Source of the DNA: Octopus sinensis
Lineage: Eukaryota
DNA: 64,000 bases
Direction of reading: 5' to 3'
NCBI RefSeq assembly: GCF_006345805.1
Contig: NC_043002.1
Span: 33,356,001-33,420,000 of the forward strand
The notes beneath the pieces are model-generated. The model did not search any database, was not told where the DNA came from, and saw only the letters and a list, made by a program, of their open reading frames with translations. Below, piece after piece: positions 40,763-52,539 of the stretch. Position 1 is the first letter of the stretch. Each line of letters opens with the position of its first letter. A program made the translations under genes and the position numbers.

Positions 40763-41205
40763 AACTCTTTATGGCCTTCTATTAAATATAGTCGGTGTTT
40801 GGATTATGGATTTACAATTTGGACTGGTAGTGGAAAGTAATTTTACGACCTACGTTGATTACAAATGGCTTTCACTGAATAATTTATTTACCCAAGTTTG
40901 AACCCTGCAGAATGCTTACTAAGTATTCGTCTAGATATTTATTCCATTTTTTTTACGTGTGTGTGTGTGTGCACATGTGTGTATACAAATATATACATAC
41001 ATACAAACATACATGTATGGATACAGCCAGACATATATATATATGTATATTATATATTATATATATATATAAATACATATATAAATAGATACATATATAT
41101 ACGAGATATAATATATACATATATATACATACATATATATACATATATGTACATATATACATATATATATATATACATATATGTATATTATAAGTATAAT
41201 ATATA

Positions 41206-41248
<43 letters not shown>

Positions 41249-41384
41249 CTACAAAATTAGAAAATGGAGAATTTAACATCTATGTATTAGTCTTGTTGGG
41301 TACCTATCTAGCAGTATATTGGATATATGTTATCCCATGTGGGTTGAATTTTCACCCCTTTCTCATTTTATATATATATATATA

Positions 41385-41462
41385 GCCAGGTGGTGCTATT
41401 AAGTTAGACATGGCCTGGGCCAATACTGGCCAAAAACCTTTCTAAGTTATTCTAAGTTTATA
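41385..41462 (+). mobile_element. ~80-bp 3' tail of the same CR1-group LINE family, in (TA)n
   Basis: CAGGTGGTGCTATTAAGTTAGACATGGCCTGG...CTAAGTTATTCTAAGTTTAT matches the reverse complement of 27711-27785. Confidence 0.85.
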
Positions 41463-41504
41463 ATTTATATATATATATATATGATATATATATATATATA
41501 TTAG

Positions 41505-41722
41505 TAGTTATCGCCATACTAATATGGCAGTCTAAATATAAGACTAAAGCTGTCGCTGATTAGCTCCAAGAGGCCACCGCCTCTAGCTAGCTATATGACA
41601 CACGAATCTGCGACAGCTTTAGTCTTATATTTAGACTGCCATATTAGTATGGCGATAACTATTAATATCCAGTAACGCTGCCGTAATCTCCTTTAGAGAG
41701 ACTTAGTAATTTTAATATTTCT

Positions 41723-41725
<3 letters not shown>
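41505..41725. mobile_element. Fold-back element with perfect 52-bp arms (41505-41556 / 41610-41661); relative at 55420-55680
   Basis: TAGTTATCGCCATACTAATATGGCAGTC...GCTGTCGC and its exact reverse complement; one-sided extension shared with the 55.4-kb copy. Confidence 0.85.
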
Positions 41726-41764
<39 letters not shown>

Positions 41765-41779
41765 TTATATATATATATG

Positions 41780-42168
41780 GAAGCACACTCCGTCGGTTAC
41801 GACGATGAGGGTTCCTGTTGATCCGAATCATTGGAACAGCCTGCTCGTGAAATTAACGTGTAAGTGGCTGAGCACTCCACAGACACGTGCACCCTTAACG
41901 TAGTTCTCAGGGATATTCAGCGTGACACAGAGATGACAAGGCCAGCCCCTTGAAATACAGGTACAACAGAAACAGGAAGTAAGAGTGGAGTGAGAGAAAG
42001 TTGAGGCGAAAGAGTACAACAGGGGTCGCCACCACCCCCTGCCGGAGCCTCGTGGAGCTTTAGGTGTTTTCGCTCAATAAACACACACAACGCCCGGTCT
42101 GGGAATCGAAACCGCGATCCTCCGACCGCGAGTCCGCTGCCCTAACCACTGGGCCATTGCACCTCCAC
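41780..42168 (-). mobile_element. Family-A SINE, full length
   Basis: Reverse complement of 1632-2001, without the internal deletion seen in that copy. Confidence 0.92.
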
Positions 42169-43012
42169 ACATATATATATAGACACACATACGATGTCAA
42201 CCAGACATAGACGTAGATATTTGTCATTAAGGTTAGAGACAACTTTAGCCAGAGGCTGGCGCTGTTAACTGCCAGTCTGTGCAAGTATAAACAAGTTGAT
42301 AATCTGCAGACAACTTTCAGTTTTTGCAGACATAGCTTAACACATATTTATGGCACTCTGATATTAATATATCAGCTGAGATTAACTCTATATTTATCCC
42401 CCTCCAAGGTTATTATTATCGTCAATACAATACTCCTCTTTTTGGTCTGCTTCTTTATAGTGGAATTACTATTTATTTAATACACTTTTGTTTATGAATG
42501 TTTACAGTGGGTTTCAAATATGCACCAGCGTACCACAATTATATATTTGTACACTCCGTCTCCATACATAAGTAAACACGGTTTAGCGCCTATCAGATTA
42601 AACTTTAAATTAATGGCGAGTTGAATCAACTTACTATTGAAGATTTAAAACTCCAATTAAATATGCTGAGTGTTTCGTTGGTCTGGCTTTGGTTTTGCGA
42701 TCATGTATTGTAACGAAATTGGTTGCCTCTTTCCATTAGAGTAACACACCTTCGGCTATATTTCGGCTATTTCTACAAAGGGGACGCAGATCTTAGTTTC
42801 TTTCCCTTTCTTTTCGGTCCAGTTTCGCATCAACTTTCTTCTCATTTTTCTTTTCGTTTTGTTTTTCCGAAGGATTTGTCGTAGATCAGAGCCCTTGTTT
42901 TCAAATAGGACTAATGGTATGAACTGAGTCTGAAGGATTGCTTGAAACACATGGCAGGTTGTGTAAATCTGCCGAATTATTGTATTTCATGAAACTATTA
43001 GTAGCTCTTTTC

Positions 43013-43109
<97 letters not shown>

Positions 43110-43651
43110 TCAGTCAGAATAAATTCGATATTCCAGAGAAGTGAAAAGTAGCAGCTAATATGCCCAGAAGAGGCCATTGTTTTATAACATCATAATACAC
43201 TTTAAAGGTGCAAATATGGACACTAGCAATTGGCCGAAATGTAACGTAGGCAAAAAAATCTGTAAGAATTTATTAACTGACTGCACTATGATTTTAAAAA
43301 TGATTATTATATATATATTTATAGTACGATTTAAATTTAAATTGCATGACACATAACTACTATTTAGAATTCCATGCAGCATTTCTTTACACCAAAGGCG
43401 AAAAATTATTGTATTATTTTCCAAGTTTCCAATTTTCCTGTCACTAGTTTCCATAGACAGAAAGATCACGAAGTGTATAGAGAAAAATAGGAGAGTCTGT
43501 TCATAAAATATTTAGTTACGTCATCGTAGACATTTCATTAAGAATATGTATGAAATGACGCAGCTAAATAATTTATGAACAAACTCACACTTTTATTTTA
43601 TACGCATGCACACACACACAACACACACACACACACACACACATACACACG

Positions 43652-43685
<34 letters not shown>

Positions 43686-44119
43686 TGACGGGCTTCTTTC
43701 AGTTTCCCTCTACTCAATCCACTCACAAGGCCTGGTCGGCCCGAAACTATAGTAGAAGACACTCGCTCAAGGTGTTATGCAGTGGGACTGAACTCGGAAC
43801 TCAGCTACGCCTGTGGCTATGCATACATACATACATACATACAGAAGATGGAAGATACCAGAATATTTATTAATCACTAAAATTGTTTCGACCCATCTAG
43901 CATTGAACCCTCGTGAGTGCGATGCGATAACTAACTGATTTAGGAGTATCCGTCGATGTAGCTGTTTTTCTTCAGGTGATTACTTATATAATATATATAT
44001 ATAATATTATATATGTGACTGCGTGTGTCTGTTTGTGCGTATGTGTGTATGTGTGTTTGTGCGTGTGTGTGTGCGTGCGTGCATGTATGTGTGCGTGCGT
44101 GCATGTATGTGTGTGTGTG

Positions 44120-44157
<38 letters not shown>

Positions 44158-44415
44158 CGTGCATGCGGAGATTGTTAGTGGCTTAATTGTTATACTGTTG
44201 CACTCATGATCATAAGATTGTGATTTCGATTCCTGAAATGAGCATCGCGTTGTCTTCTTGATCAAAACACTTCTTTCACCTTGCTCTATTCCATTCGGTT
44301 GGCAAAAATGAGTGAGGAATTTATGTCTCGTCAGAGCCGATGGGGAGATAAATACATTCTCACAAAATCCGGGGAACCGGCCTATGGCTAGGGAATGGCT
44401 TTTGATCCTTTTTCA

Positions 44416-44481
<66 letters not shown>

Positions 44482-44512
44482 CGTGTGTGTGTGTTGTGTG
44501 TGTGCATGTATA

Positions 44513-44760
44513 CAGGGTGTCCCAAAATTAAGGCAACCAACTTTTGTCAACTTTGCCAAAACAAAATATTGTTATATTTGGGACCCGAGCGTTGCAATGC
44601 AATGGTAAAGGAAACACATTCATGACACTACATTTATTCGATATGACCACCTCTGTTTCGAATCACACCTTTAAGTCTAATGAAAAACTTATGTAAAGTC
44701 ATAGAAGCAACCTTTCCTGAAATTGTGAACCATCAGGGCGAGATTACCCAGCTCTCAACC
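44513..44760 (-). mobile_element. Tc1/mariner-superfamily 3'-end fragment
   Basis: TA+CAGGGTGTCCCAAAA terminus; minus strand RLKGVIRNRGGHIE*. Confidence 0.68.
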
Positions 44761-44892
44761 ATTGCGTACTATACTACTATAACAGTTACAGCCACTTATG
44801 AAAAATTCCATTGCCATAAAAGGCATCCAAGGCCATACAAATATGGTTCGATTAATCAAAGTGACTCGTGGGTAATCTTTTCGCTATATAGT

Positions 44893-45124
44893 ATACTCTT
44901 TACTCTTTTACTTTTTTCAGTCATGTGACTGTGGCCATGCTGGAGCAACGGTTTTAGAACGAGCAAATCGACCCCAGGACTTATTCTTTGTAAGCCTAGT
45001 ACTTATTCTATCGGTGTCTTTTGCCGAACCGCTAAGTTACGGGGACGTAAATACACCAGCATCGGTTGTCAAACGATGTTGGGGGGACAAATACAGACAC
45101 ACAAACATATTCACACACACACAC

Positions 45125-45156
<32 letters not shown>

Positions 45157-45727
45157 CATATATACGACGGGCTTCTTTCAGTTTCCGACTACCAAATCCA
45201 TTCACAAGGCTTTGGTTGGCCCGAGGCTATAGTAGAAGACATTTGCCCAAGGTGTCACGCAGTGGGACTGAACCTGGAACTATGTGGTTCGTAAGCAAGC
45301 TACTTACCACACAGCCACTCCTACGCCTATATTTATCTTTTATCTTTTATTTGTTTCAGTCATTTGACTGCGGCCATGCTTGTGCACCGCCTTGAAGGGT
45401 TTTAGCTGAGCAAATCGACCGTAGGATTTTTTTTTAAATGCTTGGTACTTATTCTATCGGCCTATTTTGGCCGAGCCGCTAAGTTTTAGGGACGTAAACA
45501 CACCAACACTGGTTTTCAAGCGGTGGAGGGGGACAAACAAGCATAAATACACATACACACACACCCATACGACGGGCTTCTTTAAGTTTACGTCTACCAA
45601 ATCTGCCCACAAGCTTGGTCGGTTCGAGGCTCTGGTAGAATACACTTGCCCAAGGTGCCACGCAGTAGGACTGAACTAGAAACTATGTGGTTTGGAAGCA
45701 AGCCTCTTGCCACCCTGCCACGCGCCT
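44893..45727 (-). mobile_element. Two adjacent family-B SINEs (44893-45328, 45335-45727)
   Basis: Two complete head-to-tail copies, each with an internal (CA/TA)n tract. Confidence 0.9.
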
Positions 45728-45929
45728 CCTAGAAACATTTCAGCTGAGTTATAAAAAGCTAGCGAACTGAACCCCATGTAGAGCTATCCAGTATTCCACA
45801 TGGAACCATGTCACTCTACTCTATGAAATGGTCTCTTACCCTCTTCTATGTTCCCTTACAGAAAAACCCGAGGCACAACACGGAACGACCTGTGGAACTG
45901 CACACTATCATAGGTGTTCTCATTTTTCC

Positions 45930-46410
45930 TACTTGTTTCGTCAACAATGATCTGAGAGTCTATCAGCTTGTTGGTAGGGCATTCAAATTACTTCTACTTA
46001 ATTTGCTCACCAATAATTATGAACGGCACTTCGTATTATAGTTTAATATGCAATGAAAACATATGCTTATTCCATTATGTACCACTTGAATGTTCTATTA
46101 TAAATATGCGAATGCAAGTCTGCCAGATTCTTTTGTTTGAATGTGTGGAAATGTAAATATTAATGTGGTTACTGTGAATGCAACACACAGTCTACCAGAT
46201 GTTGTTACTGGTCAATAATTATTTTAAAATTCTAACACTACACTAAACCTATAAACATATTTTCCCAGCAACTTTAAAAACTAATATTTACGAACAGCTG
46301 CTTTCAGAAATGCAGCTTCTCTATCCTCATTATGAATTCACAGTGATCTCAATAATTATTGGTGCATCTGGCTATGGCACTAAATGTTTAAGTCACAATT
46401 TCGAAAAGCT
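45930..46410 (+). mobile_element. Decayed RLE-type (R4/NeSL-like) retroelement C-terminal fragment
   Basis: HSLPDVV (HNRPDIV-like) and YEQLLSEMQLLYPHYEFTVISIIIGASGY (PIIIGALG-like). Confidence 0.55.
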
Positions 46411-46473
46411 GACAATAATAATAACATCGAAAAATACCTTAGGAATGAGAACCCAGGTTCGAAATTTCCCCAA

Positions 46474-46519
46474 GACACCTGAAGAAGGCTGGAGGGTATA
46501 TCAGCCGAAACGTTGTGTT
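46474..46519 (+). ncRNA. Minimal type I hammerhead ribozyme motif within repeat 46412-46610
   Basis: GACAC-CTGAAGA-A-GGCTG-loop-CAGCC-GAAA-CGTT-GTGTT; palindromic AACGTT in place of stem III. Confidence 0.78.
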
Positions 46520-46689
46520 AACAACAAACAAGATGAGGACAAATATCTGTCAAATCTAAATAATGTAAATAATGTACATAATTCCTCATCTCTTAAATAT
46601 AGAACTATATAATTCTTTTTTCTGCTAAATTATTTCTGTTCATTTTATTGCTGTTACAATAATGTTTGCTCTTAACCCTGTAATCGTCA

Positions 46690-47802
46690 GTTTGTGTTTT
46701 TATTGTGAAGTATATTCTTTCAATAGTCATGTCTCGCAATGTCGTACATTAGGTGTTTCAGAATTTTTTAAAGAGAACTTATGGTCGCTGAACCCAGCCT
46801 TAATGGATCCTTCAGTTGCGCTCACATAGCTCTGTACTTGCCACTTCTTCATTAACCCTTCGATACTACCTCTACTCATATCTGACAGCCTATTCTTACA
46901 GCGCTCGCTTAGTTAGCATGTAGTAATAATTCAGCATGACCAGCCCGTTTCTGTGTTTTGTTTGGGCCAATTTACTCAAACTTACTTGATGGTAGATGAG
47001 CAGCTAAAGGGGACCTTCAAATTATACACAGCGAAAATTTTCCTGCAATTATGTGTTTTTGGAAAATGCTTACCAGTTAATCTAAGGAAACCCTACATAC
47101 ACAAATCTTAACGTGAAGAGGAAACACTATTGTCTTCGAGTTATATCTTTTTCATCACCGATTTTTTTATAACGAATGTGTTAACGCGTGGGTGAGTGAT
47201 TGTGCGCGTGTGTGTGTATAGCATCTGTATTTATGTGGTTGTTTGTGTTTTTATTGTGAAGTATATTCTTTCAATAGTCATGTCTCGCAATGTCGTACAT
47301 TAGGTGTTTCAGAATTTTTTAAAGAGAACTTATGGTCGCTGAACCCAGCCTTAATGGATCCTTCAGTTGCGCTCACATAGCTCTGTACTTGCCACTTCTT
47401 CATTAACCCTTCGATACTACCTCTACTCATATCTGACAGCTTATTCTTACAGCGCTCGCTTAGTTAGCATGTAGTAATAATTCAGCATGACCAGCCCGTT
47501 TCTGTGTTTTGTTTGGGCCAATTTACTCAAACTTACTTGATGGTAGATGAGCAGCTAAAGGGGACCTTCAAATTATACACAGCGAAAATTTTCCTGCAAT
47601 TATGTGTTTTTGGAAAATGCTTACCAGTTAATCTAAGGAAACCCTACATACACAAATCTTAACGTGAAGAGGAAACACTATTGTCTTCGAGTTATATCTT
47701 TTTCATCACCGATTTTTTTATAACGAATGTGTTAACGCGTGGGTGAGTGATTGTGCGCGTGTGTGTGTATAGCATCTGTATTTATGTGGTTGTTTGTGTT
47801 TT
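46690..47802. repeat. 551-bp near-perfect tandem duplication
   Basis: TATTGTGAAGTATATTC at 46701 and 47252; junction microhomology GTTTGTGTTTT; one substitution noticed. Confidence 0.95.
46770..47095 (-). pseudogene. Decayed Penelope-like RT-thumb/GIY-YIG fragment (copies at 47321-47646 and 48573-48846)
   Basis: Minus strand FLRLTGKHFPKTHNCRKIFAVYNLKVPFSC...C*LSERC...SYVSATEGSIKAGFSDHKFSL, matching the PLE pattern FLxLxxKHFP..KIF..KVSYSC..CPL..YIGxTE..F..H. Confidence 0.7.
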
Positions 47803-48387
47803 ATATTCGTTATGTATAACTATCATAAGTGTGGCATTCATTACGTGTGAGAAAATATTGAAAGCGGTCATTAGACGTTATTTAGGAAAGAAACAGTTAA
47901 AGATGTCAAAAAGCGAGAACTTACACACATTACGGTAGGCATTCTTGTTTGTTAGACGTGAAACGAGCCTTCACACACAGTTTGTTGTTTGTTAGATATG
48001 GAGTGAGTCCTGTCATAGTTTGTTTATTTGTTAGACTTGAAATAGAGAGAACTTATTAAAATTATGCACTTAAAAAACAAAAATGCATTAATTAACGAAT
48101 CCTTGGGCAATTTCAATCAATGATGAGAAGTCGTGACTGCTTTCAGCTGTGTGTAGCACTGGATGTATTATAAGATCGTGTTCAATTTATTCAATAGCAA
48201 GTCACTTTCTCATGTTGGTCGATGGAGGTGGTTTATACTTCTGCCTTGCAATATCTTCTTCATAGGTTAACATAAAAAATTAAAAGTAGAGCAAGCGAGA
48301 AATTTTCACACAATGATTAAAGAAGTGACATAAATGAAAAGGATTAACGCATGTACACACACACACACATACATACATATATATATA

Positions 48388-48486
48388 AAAATATGAATTA
48401 GAGATAAAACCACTATTAGGCAACTCAAACAGTGATAGACATAAACCAATACATAAATAACAAATAATATAAATATAATTAATATA

Positions 48487-48535
<49 letters not shown>

Positions 48536-49751
48536 ATATATAAAATATATATATAACATTTTATTATTTTTTTTAAAGAGAACTTATGATCGCTGAACCC
48601 ACCCTTAATGGATCCTTCAGTTGCGCTCACATAGCTCTGTACTTGCCTCGTCTTAAAAAACCCTTCGATACTACCTCTACTCATATCCGACAGCTTATTC
48701 TTACATCGCTCACTTAGTGAGCATGTAATGATAATTTGGCATGAACAGCCCGTTTCTGTGTTTTATTTGGGCCAATTTACTAAAACTTACTTAATGCTAG
48801 ATGAGCAGCTAAAGAGGACCTTCAAATTATACACAGTGAAAATTTTAACTTTTTAATGTATTTCATAAATATATTATATTGATATTTAATATTTATGTAA
48901 GTAATAATAGACTAATTAATTAATTTATTTATTTTTCATTATATGTCTATATATTTATTGATAGAGTAAATTTCAGATTTTAATTACTATATTTGTTGAT
49001 AATAATTTAGTTATTATTTTAAAATATTTTATAATTATTAGATGTGAACTTAAATCTAAAAATATGAATAGTTATTATTTTGTTAAATAATTTGGTAAGT
49101 AAATATTGGACTATAACTGAGTTTATTATGCCTTTTAAAGTCATATTATATCTTCATAGATAAATACATATTTCTATCTATTTTTTTACCTTAAAAATAA
49201 ATATTTAACATAATGAATGGGTTGTATGACATAATCCTAATGTTTTAAGTTTCTAATTTAGATAATGGAGTTTTTAAAAAAAAAAAATAATTGTTTTTTT
49301 ATAAGAAAAATTAGTATTTTATTTATTTCTAAAAAAATATTGTTTAACTCTATTTGCTTATTTATTTAATTATTATCATTAACCTGAAGATAGACTATAA
49401 TTTTAGTTCGAATTTGTTTCAATTAAAATTTAAACTTAATTGTAATTCGAATTTAATTATAGCCATGAAACGTACGTAGTATTTTTACTTATATTATATT
49501 TATCATTCTTTTTATACTTTTTGGAAACAAAAAATTAATATTTCATATATATTTTTTATGTATATATTATATTAATTATATTTATATTATTTGTTATTTA
49601 TGTATTGGTTTATGTCTATCACTGTTTGAGTTGCCTAATAGTGGTTTTATCTCTAATTCATATTTTATATATTTATACTGTGAAATTTGATTTAATACTA
49701 AATCTAATTTTTCCCTGTAAGTTTGGAACCATACTCCCTAATATTATTATT

Positions 49752-49752
<1 letters not shown>
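48388..49752. mobile_element. Penelope-like insertion bounded by ~105-bp inverted repeats (48388-48492 / 49561-49666)
   Basis: ATATGAATTAGAGATAAAACCACTATTAGGCAACTCAAACAGTGATAGAC and its exact reverse complement; very AT-rich interior with a hammerhead-like relic CCTGAAGATAGAC...GTTCGAA at ~49383-49412. Confidence 0.65.
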
Positions 49753-49783
<31 letters not shown>

Positions 49784-50052
49784 TTTAAAAATTGAGGGAG
49801 ATAAATTAATATTAATTTTAATATCAATTTAAAACCAGTAGTCCAGCATTCAAAAAATCTGAGGAGTCAGAGAAAATTCAAATATATGTGTATATTGGCA
49901 GGGCTGGCCTGCTAGGTAGCCGGCCAGAATGCTAGAAATAGATCATAAACGATCAAACTACAAGGGAAATTTTCTAGAGGAAGAATTCAGCGAACACCAG
50001 AACCAAATTTGGCGGGCAGGACATATGAAAAATTAAATAAAAAACAGACTTA

Positions 50053-50128
50053 AATGCATACCTCGGTTTCGGTCTTAACAAAAGAATTACTTGCATAATT
50101 CAAGTGTCCGTGACTTCTTCAGTACATT
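50053..50128 (-). ncRNA. Type I hammerhead ribozyme motif
   Basis: Exact reverse complement of 50439-50514. Confidence 0.8.
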
Positions 50129-50438
50129 CGGTCCTCGAGATGCAAACCGCAAGACTAACCCCAGCTCTCTGTGTCAAGACAGACACGTGCTTAGTATTAC
50201 TGATTACATCGGGAATAAAATTTCAAATGTCTTGGTTCCGGCGCGCTAAGAGACTCCTGAAGCGAAGGGCTGCAGTGAATAATTCACTGCGGGTAAAGCT
50301 TACTGCTAGGGAACGTATTTATTTAAATATTTAAAAATTGAGGGAGATTTATTCCCGATGTAATCAGTAAGACTAAGCACGTGTCTGTCTTGACACAGAG
50401 AGCTGGGGTTAGTCTTGCAGTTTGCATCTCGAGGACCG

Positions 50439-50514
50439 AATGTACTGAAGAAGTCACGGACACTTGAATTATGCAAGTAATTCTTTTGTTAAGACCGAAA
50501 CCGAGGTATGCATT
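50439..50514 (+). ncRNA. Type I hammerhead ribozyme motif with extended stem II
   Basis: Stem I AATGTA/TGCATT; core CTGAAGA; stem II AGTC..GAATTA-TGCAAG-TAATTC..GACC; GAAA; stem III AC-CGAG-GT; GUA cleavage triplet ending 50508. Confidence 0.8.
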
Positions 50515-50675
50515 TAAGTCTGTTTTTTATTTAATTTTTCATATGTCCTGCCCGCCAAATTTGGTTCTGGTGTTCGCTGAATTCTTCCTCTAGAGAATTT
50601 CCCTTGTAGTTTGATCGTTTATGATCTATTTCTAGCATTCTGGCCGGCTACCTAGCAGCCCAGCCCTGCCAATAT

Positions 50676-50714
<39 letters not shown>

Positions 50715-50983
50715 TTTAAAAATTGAGGGAGATAAATTAATATTAATTTTAATATCAATTTAAAACCAGTAGTCCAGCATTCAAAAAATCTGAGGAGTCA
50801 GAGAAAATTCAAATATATGTGTATATTGGCAGGGCTGGCCTGCTAGGTAGCCGGCCAGAATGCTAGAAATAGATCATAAACGATCAAACTACAAGGGAAA
50901 TTCTCTAGAGGAAGAATTCAGCGAACACCAGAACCAAATTTGGCGGGCAGGACATATGAAAAATTAAATAAAAAACAGACTTA

Positions 50984-51059
50984 AATGCATACCTCGGTTT
51001 CGGTCTTAACAAAAGAATTACTTGCATAATTCAAGTGTCCGTGACTTCTTCAGTACATT
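50984..51059 (-). ncRNA. Type I hammerhead ribozyme motif
   Basis: Second-unit copy of 50053-50128. Confidence 0.8.
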
Positions 51060-51368
51060 CGGTCCTCGAGATGCAAACCGCAAGACTAACCCCAGCTCTC
51101 TGTGTCAAGACAGACACGTGCTTAGTATTACTGATTACATCGGGAATAAAATTTCAAATGTCTTGGTTCCGGCGCGCTAAGAGACTCCTGAAGCGAAGGG
51201 CTGCAGTGAATAATTCACTGCGGGTAAAGCTTACTGCTAGGGAACGTATTTATTTAAATATTTAAAAATTGAGGGAGATTTATTCCGATGTAATCAGTAA
51301 GACTAAGCACGTGTCTGTCTTGACACAGAGAGCTGGGGTTAGTCTTGCGGTTTGCATCTCGAGGACCG

Positions 51369-51444
51369 AATGTACTGAAGAAGTCACGGACACTTGAATT
51401 ATGCAAGTAATTCTTTTGTTAAGACCGAAACCGAGGTATGCATT
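51369..51444 (+). ncRNA. Type I hammerhead ribozyme motif
   Basis: Second-unit copy of 50439-50514. Confidence 0.8.
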
Positions 51445-51643
51445 TAAGTCTGTTTTTTATTTAATTTTTCATATGTCCTGCCCGCCAAATTTGGTTCTGG
51501 TGTTCGCTGAATTCTTCCTCTAGAGAATTTCCCTTGTAGTTTGATCGTTTATGATCTATTTCTAGCATTCTGGCCGGCTACCTAGCAGCCCAGCCCTGCC
51601 AATATACACATATATATATATATATATATAATATATATATATA

Positions 51644-51701
<58 letters not shown>

Positions 51702-51799
51702 ATGTGTGTATGTAATGTGTGCGCATATATGTATGTATGTATGTATGTATGCATGTATGTATACGTGTGTGTACGCGCGCGTTCTCTTCTATCTTTAAT

Positions 51800-51990
51800 T
51801 AGTCGAATTGTTCCAAAGCTTTGTTGTTGGAATGTAGATAAAAAAAGTATCATTTTAAATTTTAGAAAATCCTTGCATATCTTTACTGTCCCGCTTACAG
51901 ACTGTATTTGTAATATGCGAGCTAGCTGTTTGATTTCTTTTTCTAAACACCTCAGCTTATTCAAATTGTGACATTTACTTACAAAACTAG
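51800..51990 (-). mobile_element. RLE-type retroelement 3'-end fragment
   Basis: LARILQIQSVSGTVKICKDFLKF resembles the C-terminus of R4/NeSL-like ORFs (inference). Confidence 0.45.
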
Positions 51991-52154
51991 TGTTGTTTAT
52001 ACATGCTAACATATTTGTAGTTCAATGCACTCATACACACTCATGCATACGTTTGTACACATCCAGAGTAAAAGCCTGTACATGTATATTACAAGTACAC
52101 ATAGGTACATACCAAGATTTTACAAATGTGCTTACGTATGCCAAATATATACAT

Positions 52155-52510
52155 ATTCTTTTATTCTTTTATTTGTTTCAGCGCTGCAGCACCTCCTTTA
52201 GTCGAGCAAATCGAGCCCAGGGCTTATTCTTTGAAAGCCTAGTACTTATCCTATCGGTCTCTTTTACCAAACTGCTAAGTTGCGGGGACGTAAACACACC
52301 AACATCGGTTGTCAAGCGATGGCTGGGGACAAACACAGACACACAAACACACAGATACACACACATATATATGACGGGCTTCTTTCAGTTTCCGTCTGCC
52401 AAATCCTCTTACAAAGTTTTGGTCGGCCCGAGGCTATAGTACAAGACACTTGCCCAAGGTGCCACACGGTGAGATTGAACATCGGAACCATGTGGTTGGT
52501 AAGCAAGCTA
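52155..52510 (-). mobile_element. Family-B SINE
   Basis: Both halves recognisable. Confidence 0.85.
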
Positions 52511-52539
52511 GTTTATTTCAAAATGTTGTCATGAAGGCA

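Larger units (their letters stand above)
49778..51615. mobile_element. 931-bp tandem duplication of a fold-back element; four hammerhead motifs
   Basis: Identical ORFs at 50104 and 51035 give period 931; 338-bp inverted arms 49882-50219 / 50348-50685 in unit 1; (TA)n spacers. Confidence 0.93.

Noticed and set aside
46770-47045. Possible mitochondrial rRNA insertion (NUMT)
   Set aside because: No recognisable rRNA motifs; minus-strand translation fits a decayed Penelope thumb/GIY-YIG region.
50104-50334. Duplicated 76-aa ORF (also 51035-51265)
   Set aside because: GTG start, spans an inverted arm and spacer, overlaps the hammerhead antisense; identity reflects the DNA duplication.
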